DNA of 64,000 bases from Eubacteriales bacterium (lineage in GTDB: Bacteria > Bacillota > Clostridia > Lachnospirales > Lachnospiraceae), in contig JAUNCI010000003.1 in the NCBI GenBank assembly GCA_030526665.1, forward strand, positions 1,635 through 65,634, read 5' to 3'. Positions 35,139 through 44,478 of the stretch are shown in pieces. The stretch's first letter is position 1; every line of letters starts with the position of its first letter. Position numbers and translations under genes: made by a program. Below the pieces are notes generated by a model. That model worked only from the letters and a program-made list of their open reading frames with translations. It was not told where the DNA came from and did no database searches.

Positions 35139-36752
35139 TCAATCCATATATTTATATACTGTCTTTTTGCAGGATCCCGGTCCTTCAATCATTTCTCGGA
35201 AATATCCTTCGATTTTTTCTCCCAGTCCTGCTTTATACATATCTGTAAAGAATATATTTTCATTTGAAAGAATCGGTCTAAGCTGATCTGTTACGCTGGC
35301 AGGATCTCCATATTTAATCGTAGATAATTGTTCATGAATTTCTGCAGCCAATGGATCCGGTGCCAATTCATATGCATTGCCATTATCATCTACACCATAT
35401 AAATAGCGAAGCCATCCTGCTATTCCGAGCGGTATTGCAACCAGCTGTTCCGCTGTTCCATAGCGAGCCACATAAGCTTTTGTTGTCTCTCCGAAACGTA
35501 CCCCAACACCCTGTGATTCGTCTGTACAAAGGCGAATATTGGTATCTCCGAGATATTTGTTAATAAAACGATCTTCAAACAATTCATCTGCGAATGCCCG
35601 TGGATCAATAATCTTTGGATCCTCTATAACCGGCATACCTTCTGTATAAGCAACCTGACGTCCCATTTTCATGATAGCCGGGTCCTCAAGCAATTCTGCA
35701 AAAAGATCCACACCCCAGACTACACCAAATGGTCCAAGTGCAGAATGTACAGGGTTCAGGCATGCAGTTACTTTCATTCGTTCAGCCTTATTTACAGTCT
35801 CTCTGTCTGCCATATAAACGCCAAATCCCTTTTCCAATTCCGGACGTCCGTTAGGAAAACTATCTTCAATTACCAGATACTGTGGTTTTTCTGCATTAAT
35901 AAATGGTGCAATATATGTTCTTTTGCCTGTAACGACCGGCTGCATATTTTCAACACCTAAAGCTTCCAGGTCATTTGCGATTTCCGTACTTGGTCTAGGT
36001 GTGATTTTGTCAATCATGGTCCAAGGGAAGGAAACTTTACTCTGATCAGATACGTATGCGATAAAATCTTCTCCCACATAACCTTTTTCTACCCATTTTT
36101 CTGCCATCTCTACAACAGACTGACGAAGAAGATCTCCATTGTGTGAGCAGTTATCCATAGAAACCAAGGCCAAAGGTCTGGCACCGGCTTTGAATCGTTC
36201 CAAAAGCATAGATGTTACAACACCCATTGCGCCGATAACCGCATCCGGTCCATTCTCAATATCACTTACGACATATCCTAGATAATCACCGGCTGCATTT
36301 TTCAAAGCATATCCTTTTTCTGTGATTGTAAAAGAAACGATCTGAAGACTGTCGCTTGTAAATATTTCTTTCAAACGTTTCCAATTATCTACATCGGAAG
36401 ACTGTGCTTTTACAGCTTCTGACAAAGAGCCAAGCACTTTATTTTCTCTGGTTCCGTCACCTTTTAAAATTACACTAAGCGCCAGATTATCGAATGGTGC
36501 ATAAATTTTATCTACAACATCATAATCAAAAGTTTCAACGCAGGTGATACCTTTATCCATTAATCCCTGTTCCAGAAGTCCGTCAACAATACCTCCAATA
36601 AATACTCGGAAAATATTTCCGATACCAAAATGAACCCAGCCTGGATTTTTGATAGCATTTTCGGTAACCTTTGCAACATCGTAAGATGGTACTTTGATTC
36701 CGTTTTTTTTCCACGCACTCTGATTAACAAGCTCTTTGTAATTCAGTTTCAT
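35139..36752 (-). CDS. Mannitol dehydrogenase family oxidoreductase (fructuronate/mannonate reductase-like)
   Basis: 537 aa with an N-terminal Rossmann (VHFGIGNIFR) and a long-chain mannitol-DH-like C-terminal domain. Confidence 0.75.
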   Translation of the reverse strand: MKLNYKELVNQSAWKKNGIKVPSYDVAKVTENAIKNPGWVHFGIGNIFRVFIGGIVDGLLEQGLMDKGITCVETFDYDVVDKIYAPFDNLALSVILKGDGTRENKVLGSLSEAVKAQSSDVDNWKRLKEIFTSDSLQIVSFTITEKGYALKNAAGDYLGYVVSDIENGPDAVIGAMGVVTSMLLERFKAGARPLALVSMDNCSHNGDLLRQSVVEMAEKWVEKGYVGEDFIAYVSDQSKVSFPWTMIDKITPRPSTEIANDLEALGVENMQPVVTGKRTYIAPFINAEKPQYLVIEDSFPNGRPELEKGFGVYMADRETVNKAERMKVTACLNPVHSALGPFGVVWGVDLFAELLEDPAIMKMGRQVAYTEGMPVIEDPKIIDPRAFADELFEDRFINKYLGDTNIRLCTDESQGVGVRFGETTKAYVARYGTAEQLVAIPLGIAGWLRYLYGVDDNGNAYELAPDPLAAEIHEQLSTIKYGDPASVTDQLRPILSNENIFFTDMYKAGLGEKIEGYFREMIEGPGSCKKTVYKYMD

Positions 36753-36876
36753 AAAATATAACCTCCATTTTCTTTTATATAATTTTTATAATGTAGATTT
36801 TCAGTCTACAAATAATATTAGATTATTTGCAAAGCCTCTTAATTATGTTCTCGTTATTCTACGATTTTTCCTATTC

Positions 36877-38124
36877 TCATTTGCTTTGATTTTCTATACT
36901 ATCACTACATTGTCTAATAAAAACTTCTGGCCTTTCAATCATTTCGTTCATAAAAGCAATACATATACCTTGTAATGTTGAATATTTTAAATTACTGAGT
37001 GTAATTTCTAAATTATCATACACTTTCGTGAGACATCGTTCTTTAACCGTTTCCTTTACTACATTTAAAAATTCAACTCCTGATTCTGAGATTTCATCAC
37101 CAATAATAATCTTTTTAGGATTATATAAGTTTACAACATTAGCAATTCCGTAGCCAAGATATCTTGCAATTTCATTTACAATTACGATTGCCAAAGCATC
37201 TCCTGCACGATATGCATTTGCAAACTCAATTGCCGTAAACTGATCCGTACAAATCGTATCTGGATAGTTTTCTTTCAATTCCAGCACTCTTTCACGCGCA
37301 TAATGACTTGTACAATATAATTCCAAGCAGCCTCTGTTTCCACATTCACATTGTGGTCCATCATAATCGATACTCATATGACCTATTTCGCCAGCCAATC
37401 CCGCACATCCAGTCAATAGTTTGCCCTTTTCGATTACACCAGCACCAACACCATGACTAACCATAATACACATCATATCAACTTCATCGTTACACTGTTC
37501 CGTATACATCCATTCTGCCATTGTCGCAGCACCTGCATCATGTTCTGAAATCACTGTAAGACCGGTTTCAATTCTAAGGCGATTAAGAATATCAATATTT
37601 TGCCATTCTCGTCTTCTTGTCAAAAGTGCTATTTCACCATCTTTTTTGATATAAGGACCGGGAAGCGCAACAGCAACTCCAAGCAGATGTTTGCCATTCA
37701 AATTATTCTGAACAATTTTAATTTCATCAATCATTTGCTCAATTACATTATCCATAACACTGTACAAGCCAATGTTAAAATGTTTTAATTCACAAACTTC
37801 CCCTTTTAGATCAAACACACCCATTCTTAAGTTATGCCTGGTGAGCCAAACGCCTATTATCAAATATTCTTCAGATGCTAATTCTATCTCGATTGATCTT
37901 CTTCCTGATGATCCGGATATCAACCCAGCCTCACGAACCAGTCCCCAATTAATCAAATCACCTACAATATTTGTAACTGTAGCTTTATTCAATCCTGTAC
38001 TTTTTGATATTTTAGCACGCGTTGTTCTCCCTTTTCGATATATCGTGCGAATCACTAGAGAGCGATTCATTCTCTGTACATCTGCAATATTTTTTCCTTT
38101 TTGTTCTGCTTTCATCACTCTCAC
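36877..38124 (-). CDS. ROK-family transcriptional regulator (wHTH plus sugar-kinase-like domain; XylR/NagC type)
   Basis: 415 aa with N-terminal HTH (TRAKISKSTGLNKATVTNIVGDL) and the ROK zinc motif GHMSIDYDGPQCECGNRGCLE. Confidence 0.85.
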   Translation of the reverse strand: MRVMKAEQKGKNIADVQRMNRSLVIRTIYRKGRTTRAKISKSTGLNKATVTNIVGDLINWGLVREAGLISGSSGRRSIEIELASEEYLIIGVWLTRHNLRMGVFDLKGEVCELKHFNIGLYSVMDNVIEQMIDEIKIVQNNLNGKHLLGVAVALPGPYIKKDGEIALLTRRREWQNIDILNRLRIETGLTVISEHDAGAATMAEWMYTEQCNDEVDMMCIMVSHGVGAGVIEKGKLLTGCAGLAGEIGHMSIDYDGPQCECGNRGCLELYCTSHYARERVLELKENYPDTICTDQFTAIEFANAYRAGDALAIVIVNEIARYLGYGIANVVNLYNPKKIIIGDEISESGVEFLNVVKETVKERCLTKVYDNLEITLSNLKYSTLQGICIAFMNEMIERPEVFIRQCSDSIENQSK

Positions 38125-38267
38125 CTTCCATCAGTATGTTATTACAAAATTCCCACAATTATTATATAATTAAAGATACTTCCTTAAATATGTATATGTC
38201 AAGTTTTTCGCTTACTAAGTAATTCTTCGATTTCAATTAATAATATATCCACATTAAAGCATCTTAT

Positions 38268-38305
38268 ATAATAGCAAAGCTATCCCACGAATCCGCGTGA
38301 TAGCT
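38268..38305 (-). terminator. Terminator-like hairpin after the second dehydrogenase gene
   Basis: AGCTATC ... GATAGCT stem, followed on the minus strand by TTTGCTATTAT. Confidence 0.4.
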
Positions 38306-38332
38306 GCTACTTTTAAATACTTTTCATTATTT

Positions 38333-39355
38333 TTATTCAACAATACCGTTTGGATATACGATTGTTTTCAAATTTGTTTTCCTTTCTGAAATCGCTTTTA
38401 ACTGTTCAGGAAATTCATCTAATTCAATTTTATATCCTATAAAATCCAATACTTTTACTTTTCCACTTTGAATTTGTTTCATTGAAGAATAAAATGTCTT
38501 TTTCAGCGAGTTAGATCCTACGAATTTCAATTCTCTCTGATATATCTCAAACGGACTAACATTTATCTTCATGTTTGCAGGACAAACACCGAAGAATTGT
38601 AGTGTACCTTCGTTTGCAACGAATGGAATAATATTTTCTATAACTTTAGGCACACCTGTACAATCTATCACAAGATCGAATCCATTTGGCGCAATTTGTC
38701 TAAATTTTGTACCTGCTTCCGCATCATTATAAATAACATAATCGGCGCCTAATTTTTGTGCAAGCGCTAATTGATTTTCTTTTATATCTGCAACTGCTAC
38801 AAACATAGCACCATCATTTTTACAAACTTGAAGATGCATCAAACCAATTGGTCCTGCTCCTAGAATCAAAACTTTATCGCAGAAATTCGGTCTTGCACGA
38901 TCATGTCCATGAATCACACAAGCCAATGGCTCAATAAATGATGCTTCTGTAAAGGAAAGATTTCCAATATCATATACGCACCTTTCTTCAATTTTCATAT
39001 ACTCTGCAAACGCTCCAGGGACATGGTTACCAAGTCCTCTATAATCAAGACAGTAATTCTGTTTGTTCTGCTTACAATTATCACAAGCTTCACAATAAAT
39101 ATTTGGATCACATGCCACTTTCTGTCCAGGCTTAAAATTTTTAACTTTGGCACCGACTGCTTCGACTATTCCTGAATATTCATGTCCCGGTATCGTTGGA
39201 TATGGATTATCATAATCTCCTAAAAACAAATGAACATCTGTTCCACACACGCCAACCGCCATTACTTTAATCAGTACTTCTGTATCGCCAAGCACCGGAA
39301 TCTCTATTTCTCTAATATCACTTTTATTTGGTTCTTCAATGAAAAATGCTTTCAT
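38333..39355 (-). CDS. Zinc-dependent medium-chain dehydrogenase (sorbitol/threonine dehydrogenase-like)
   Basis: 340 aa with GVCGTDVH, GHEYSG, a structural-Zn Cys cluster (CEACDNCKQNKQNYC) and GAGPIG. Confidence 0.85.
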   Translation of the reverse strand: MKAFFIEEPNKSDIREIEIPVLGDTEVLIKVMAVGVCGTDVHLFLGDYDNPYPTIPGHEYSGIVEAVGAKVKNFKPGQKVACDPNIYCEACDNCKQNKQNYCLDYRGLGNHVPGAFAEYMKIEERCVYDIGNLSFTEASFIEPLACVIHGHDRARPNFCDKVLILGAGPIGLMHLQVCKNDGAMFVAVADIKENQLALAQKLGADYVIYNDAEAGTKFRQIAPNGFDLVIDCTGVPKVIENIIPFVANEGTLQFFGVCPANMKINVSPFEIYQRELKFVGSNSLKKTFYSSMKQIQSGKVKVLDFIGYKIELDEFPEQLKAISERKTNLKTIVYPNGIVE

Positions 39356-39413
39356 AATTCGTTCTCCTATCTGTTGCTAAGAACTAATTCAGCTCTTTTA
39401 TAAAACGCATATC

Positions 39414-40448
39414 TCAATCATCTACATCAATAAATACTTTCATAGAAGTAGTTCTGTGATCAGAAATATACTGATATGCCGCATTAAATTCTTCTAATTT
39501 AAAATGAGCAGTTTTCAGCGGTTCTAAATTAATTTTTCTCTCAGTAATTAAATCAATCGCTTCCTGGAAATCATTATGAAGATACATTAATGTTCCAATC
39601 ATTTTAAACTCTTTTTCCTGTACATCGATCATACGAATTGCAGGATCCTTTGCAAAAATGCCAACAATAATGATATCATCTCGTTTACGACATACTTTGA
39701 TTGCCTGATTCACTGTAGCCTCAACGCCAACACATTCCAATGCACCATCTATACCGTCTTTTCCAAATGCAGCTTCTGCAGCTTCTGCAAGATCTGTTGT
39801 CATTGTATTTACTGTATAGTCAATGCCACAATTCTTTGCAATTTGCAGTTTTTCATCACACACATCTGTAATCATGACTGCTTTTGCTCCTTTTGCTTTC
39901 GCCACCTGCGCCACAAGATTTCCGATTGTTCCTGCACCAAGAACAAGAATGTTTTTACCTTTTATGTCATAGGTAAATGTACCAACCGCAGCAACGGCTA
40001 CCGCTACAGGTTCAACCATAGCACCATCTTCATAGCTTAAACTATCCTCTAATTTAAAGACGAGATGCGAACGCATAGGAATATAATCTTGTGCAGCACC
40101 TGGAACAGTTCCATTACATCCAATCACTTTAAGGTCATGGCAAATATTCTCATGTCCACTCTTGCAGTGATAACATTCTCCGCACGTATATTGCGGACGT
40201 GCTGTAACAAAATCTCCGATTTCAAAACCTGTAACTCCTTCTCCTAAAGCTTCTACAGTTCCTGAGAATTCATGTCCTTGTACTACTGGAAGATAAATTG
40301 TAGGATGTTGTCCATGATATGCATGAATATCAGATCCACAGATACCCATTCTTTTTACTTTTATTAAAACTTCCCCTGGAGCCGGTATCGGTTTTTCAAT
40401 TTCTCTCATAATTAATTCACCTGGTTTATTTAATAAAACACTTCTCAT
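39414..40448 (-). CDS. Zinc-dependent medium-chain dehydrogenase (L-iditol/sorbitol dehydrogenase-like)
   Basis: 344 aa with GICGSDIH, GHEFSG, CGECYHCKSGHENIC and GAGTIG. Confidence 0.85.
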   Translation of the reverse strand: MRSVLLNKPGELIMREIEKPIPAPGEVLIKVKRMGICGSDIHAYHGQHPTIYLPVVQGHEFSGTVEALGEGVTGFEIGDFVTARPQYTCGECYHCKSGHENICHDLKVIGCNGTVPGAAQDYIPMRSHLVFKLEDSLSYEDGAMVEPVAVAVAAVGTFTYDIKGKNILVLGAGTIGNLVAQVAKAKGAKAVMITDVCDEKLQIAKNCGIDYTVNTMTTDLAEAAEAAFGKDGIDGALECVGVEATVNQAIKVCRKRDDIIIVGIFAKDPAIRMIDVQEKEFKMIGTLMYLHNDFQEAIDLITERKINLEPLKTAHFKLEEFNAAYQYISDHRTTSMKVFIDVDD

Positions 40449-40486
40449 CTCTAAATCCTCCTTATTCTACTTATAAAATTTATTTA

Positions 40487-41455
40487 CTAGTCAATTGTAA
40501 CTACTTTGTTTTTCTGATTTTTCTGAATCATATCGTAAATTACTGCAAATAGAAGAATTACCCCTTTTACAATAATCTGCCAATATTCGCTAACCTGACA
40601 CATAATCAAGCCATTGTTTAAAACAGCTATAATCATAGATCCAACAAATACCTGATAAATTTTACCTTCACCACCAGCCATAGAAACACCGCCAAGTACA
40701 CACGCTGTGATGATATCATTCTCAATTCCACTACCATTGTTTGGCGAAGCGGTTTTGATTCGTGCCAGCTGTACAACCCCGGCAAATGTAGCAAAAAAGC
40801 TACCAATAACGTATGTTGCAATCTTTACCAATTTGACATTTATTCCAGAAAGTCTGGCAGCTTCTTCATTACTTCCAATCGCATAGAAAAATCTTCCTAC
40901 ATACATTTTATTTAAGATAAAGTAACCAATGAATAATGCCAACAGCATCATGTAAATAGGAATCGGAACACCAAACAGTGATCCAAGACCTAACTGACAG
41001 AAGTTATCCGGCAAACCGGAAATATTCAGACCACCTGTTATGATAAATGAAATACCTTTTAATATATTCATAAATGCCAATGTTACAATAAATGGTGCAA
41101 CCCTATATTTTGCAATAACAAAACCTTGCAGAGATCCAATAAGCATCATAATTAAAAATACGATGAATACAGAAATAACCGGGTTCCATCCCCACCAAAC
41201 CATCATCACTCCACAAATCATACATGTGGCAGATTCCATAAAGCCTACAGAAAGGTTAATTCCACCTGTAATCAATACAAAACACATACCAATACTACAG
41301 ATACATACCGGTGCAGTCTGTTTCAAAATTGTAAGGAAGTTTGAAACAGTGCGAAATTTTTCTTTCAAACAGCTAAAAATTATAACTGTTATAATAAGGA
41401 CAAGAATAATACCATATTCTTTTATAATTTTGCTGGCAATACTTTTTTTCTTCAT
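40487..41455 (-). CDS. Sugar ABC transporter permease (RbsC/monosaccharide CUT2 type)
   Basis: 322-aa polytopic protein. The family is inferred from CUT2-like composition and operon context. Confidence 0.8.
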   Translation of the reverse strand: MKKKSIASKIIKEYGIILVLIITVIIFSCLKEKFRTVSNFLTILKQTAPVCICSIGMCFVLITGGINLSVGFMESATCMICGVMMVWWGWNPVISVFIVFLIMMLIGSLQGFVIAKYRVAPFIVTLAFMNILKGISFIITGGLNISGLPDNFCQLGLGSLFGVPIPIYMMLLALFIGYFILNKMYVGRFFYAIGSNEEAARLSGINVKLVKIATYVIGSFFATFAGVVQLARIKTASPNNGSGIENDIITACVLGGVSMAGGEGKIYQVFVGSMIIAVLNNGLIMCQVSEYWQIIVKGVILLFAVIYDMIQKNQKNKVVTID

Positions 41456-41469
41456 TATCTTTTCTCCTA

Positions 41470-42957
41470 TTAATATTTTGAAGCTAAAGCAAGTACTTTT
41501 TCTGAATCAAATTCTTCTTTTGTCAATTCGCCGGTTTTGTGACCTTCACAGAACACTATTATTCGATCAGACATTCCAAGTAATTCTTCCATTTCTGAAG
41601 TAATCATCAATATTGTCATGCCATCTGCAACTAGTTCATTCATGAGCTTATAAATTTCCTGTTTAGCACCAACATCAATTCCTCTTGTAGGTTCATCAAT
41701 AATAATAAGTTCAGGATTAGTCTCCAACTCTTTTGCTAATACTACTTTTTGTTGATTTCCTCCACTCAACTGTTTTGCAAGCTGTGCTCCCGAGTAGATT
41801 TTTATTTTCATCTTTTCTTTATATTTATCGGTAAGATCTGCTTCTTTTTTCTTATTCAATATCTTAAAAATCGCTGAGGAAATACTCTTAAGAACAGTTA
41901 TAGAAATGTTTTCGGAAACACTTTCATCCAACACAAGGCCTTGGCGTTTTCTATCTTCTGGAACCATCGCAATTCCTAGCTTCATTGCATCTCCAGGATT
42001 CTGAATTTTTCGTTCTTTTCCTTTGAAAACAATCTCGCCACTTTCTACTTTTGCTGCCCCAAAAAGTAATTGAGCAAATTCTGTACGTCCGGCACCTACC
42101 AGACCACCAAGGCCAAGCACTTCACCTTTACGAATTTGGAGAGAAATATCTTTCACACCATTTCCAGTAAGTGATTTTGTATCCAATAATACTTCTTTCC
42201 CACAAAATTTCGGCCTCTGAGGATAGACTTCATTCATTGATCGACCAACCATATATTGAATAAGCTCTTCTTTTGATGTATCTTTGGTATTTAATGTTGT
42301 GATCATTTTCCCATCTCGAAGTACACTTACGCGATCTGTAATTCGGAAAATTTCTTCTAGCCGATGTGATATGTAGATCAATGTAATCCCTTTTTCTTTC
42401 AATCTGGCAATTTCTTTGAATAGAATCTCCACTTCCTTACTAGATAATGGTGCTGTAGGTTCATCAAAAATAATCAATTTTGCGTCAACAACCAAGGCCT
42501 TCGCCAATTCAACCATCTGCTGATAACCTATTGTAAGATCATTTACTCGAGTTTTCGGGGAAAAAGGAAGCTCCATTTCATCTAAAATTTCTTGTGTTCT
42601 AGCTTCCATTTCTTTTCTATCTAAAAGGGATCCTTTCTTTGGAAGGTCGCTTAAAAAAATATTTTCAGCAACCGAAAGGTGACCTACCATATTCAATTCC
42701 TGATAAATTACACCAATTCCTACTTCTTTTGCCTTCGTAGGAGTAAAATTCCTATACTCTTTTCCTTCATAGCGAATGATACCTTTTGATGGTGCATGAT
42801 ATCCTGTCAATGTTTTAATCATTGTGGATTTACCAGCTCCATTTTCCCCAACAAGAGCATGTATTTCGCCTTTTTTAAACTCAATGCTTATATCATCCAA
42901 AGCGACAACGCCCGGGAAAATCTTACTGACATGTTCCAATTCTAGAATTGTCTGCAT
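41470..42957 (-). CDS. Sugar ABC transporter ATP-binding protein with duplicated ATPase domains (RbsA type)
   Basis: 495 aa. First domain: Walker A GENGAGKST. Second domain: LSGGNQQK and IIIDEPTRGID. Confidence 0.9.
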   Translation of the reverse strand: MQTILELEHVSKIFPGVVALDDISIEFKKGEIHALVGENGAGKSTMIKTLTGYHAPSKGIIRYEGKEYRNFTPTKAKEVGIGVIYQELNMVGHLSVAENIFLSDLPKKGSLLDRKEMEARTQEILDEMELPFSPKTRVNDLTIGYQQMVELAKALVVDAKLIIFDEPTAPLSSKEVEILFKEIARLKEKGITLIYISHRLEEIFRITDRVSVLRDGKMITTLNTKDTSKEELIQYMVGRSMNEVYPQRPKFCGKEVLLDTKSLTGNGVKDISLQIRKGEVLGLGGLVGAGRTEFAQLLFGAAKVESGEIVFKGKERKIQNPGDAMKLGIAMVPEDRKRQGLVLDESVSENISITVLKSISSAIFKILNKKKEADLTDKYKEKMKIKIYSGAQLAKQLSGGNQQKVVLAKELETNPELIIIDEPTRGIDVGAKQEIYKLMNELVADGMTILMITSEMEELLGMSDRIIVFCEGHKTGELTKEEFDSEKVLALASKY

Positions 42958-43047
42958 TTGTTTTCCTCCTTCTATAATACATTCCTGTTGTTTTCATATT
43001 CCTATATTGTATTTATTTCTGACTTATAAATATCTTTTGTTCGTTTT

Positions 43048-43093
43048 TATAAAAGGGTATCCTTACCTGTAGTTTTAACAAGTCTGGATACCC
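43048..43093 (-). terminator. Intra-operon hairpin after the binding-protein gene (attenuator/stabiliser)
   Basis: On the minus strand, GGGTATCC ... GGATACCC is followed by TTTTAT. It lies between the SBP and ATPase genes. Confidence 0.45.
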
Positions 43094-43178
43094 TCCTTTG
43101 TATTACTTAAAGATTTTAAAATGTTCTAATATATTATTTTTATTTTGATAAATAGTTCTTCCTTATTTATAGAAAATC

Positions 43179-44150
43179 TTACCATCCAAATGCTTCAAGT
43201 GTTGCATCAATATTCGATTCATCCACATAATCAACGTCATAGATAACGCGAACAGGATCATCTGTCAAACCATCAATTTCATAAGCAGCTTTCATTGCTT
43301 CAAGGTGAACTTTAGCTTTATCTACAGAAGGTGATCCCCAAGAACCAAGCATTTTAATGTATTTGCCTTCCTTAAGAAGTGCAGAAGAAACTTTTGAGAT
43401 ATCCATAGCAGCACACATCAAAGAATCAGAATCAACGCCTGCTTCCTCAGCAGCTGTACAGAATCCAGCCATCTGGTCACCAGCAATACCAAGAGCAACA
43501 TCAACGTCTGATGATTGGAATACAGTTTCTCCCATTTCCTGTCCTTCAGCCTGATTTGCAGGAGAAATTTCAGCTACAACTTCAACCTTGGCTTTAACTG
43601 TATCCATAAATCCATCTTTTAAGCCAGCAGCTCTATCGATACAAGCTTCTTCGTATACATATTCAAGCATTGCAAGATTAATTGTTTCTTTATCAGGCCA
43701 ATTTTCATTTACCCATTCGCCGGCTTTTACACCAAGTCCATATGCGTTATCGTACTCATCAGCAGCAACATATGCCTGAGCGTGGAAGTTTGGGCCATCA
43801 ATTGAAACAATATGAATTCCTTTTTCAATTGCTGTTTTACAAACATCATCAAGTGCATCATAGTCCGCTGGAGAAATTGCAATAATCTGATATCCTGATT
43901 CAATACAGCTTTCTACCTGTTCAACCTGTTTAGATGCATTCATGTCACAATCCATATTTGTAATTTCAAATCCATAATCAGCCTGCTGATCGATACATCC
44001 CTGTACCATAAGCTGCCATGTTTCATTTGCAATCTGTTTTGTTAGGTAAGCAACCTGAATTGGTTCTTCAGCATGTACTGTAGCTGTAAGACTCATTGTC
44101 ATAGCTGTTAAAACGCCTGCTGTTACTAGTAAATTAGTTCTTTTTTTCAT
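43179..44150 (-). CDS. Sugar ABC transporter substrate-binding protein (RbsB-like periplasmic-binding fold), secreted
   Basis: The ORF extends to 44195. I prefer the start MKKRTNLLVTAG (ATG 44150) with AGGAGG upstream. It has a signal peptide. Confidence 0.8.
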   Translation of the reverse strand: MKKRTNLLVTAGVLTAMTMSLTATVHAEEPIQVAYLTKQIANETWQLMVQGCIDQQADYGFEITNMDCDMNASKQVEQVESCIESGYQIIAISPADYDALDDVCKTAIEKGIHIVSIDGPNFHAQAYVAADEYDNAYGLGVKAGEWVNENWPDKETINLAMLEYVYEEACIDRAAGLKDGFMDTVKAKVEVVAEISPANQAEGQEMGETVFQSSDVDVALGIAGDQMAGFCTAAEEAGVDSDSLMCAAMDISKVSSALLKEGKYIKMLGSWGSPSVDKAKVHLEAMKAAYEIDGLTDDPVRVIYDVDYVDESNIDATLEAFGW

Positions 44151-44420
44151 TTTGTGTCCTCCTTGCACATTTTTGTTTTTTATTTTAACTATCATCTCTA
44201 GTGATAGTTAGGTACCATTTAAATAATCATTTCTGAATTATCTATTTTTCTTACAAGTTTATCATTTATATTAATTGTTTATTTTTACTTGTTTATTTAA
44301 TAAACTTTCTATGTATAATATATTGTCTATTGTCAGAATTGTCAATCAATTTACTGAATTCTTTTGCATTTTGTCCATTTTCACAAATTAATACATCGTT
44401 TTTTGTAGTTTTTTCAGTAT

Positions 44421-44472
44421 ATAAAAAGCCATTTACAATGTGCACAATCTCATCACAAAATAAATGGCTTTT
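44421..44472 (-). terminator. Intrinsic terminator after the zinc-ribbon/SH3 gene
   Basis: AAAGCCATTTA ... TAAATGGCTTT, followed on the minus strand by TTTTTAT. Confidence 0.6.
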
Positions 44473-44478
44473 CTTATA

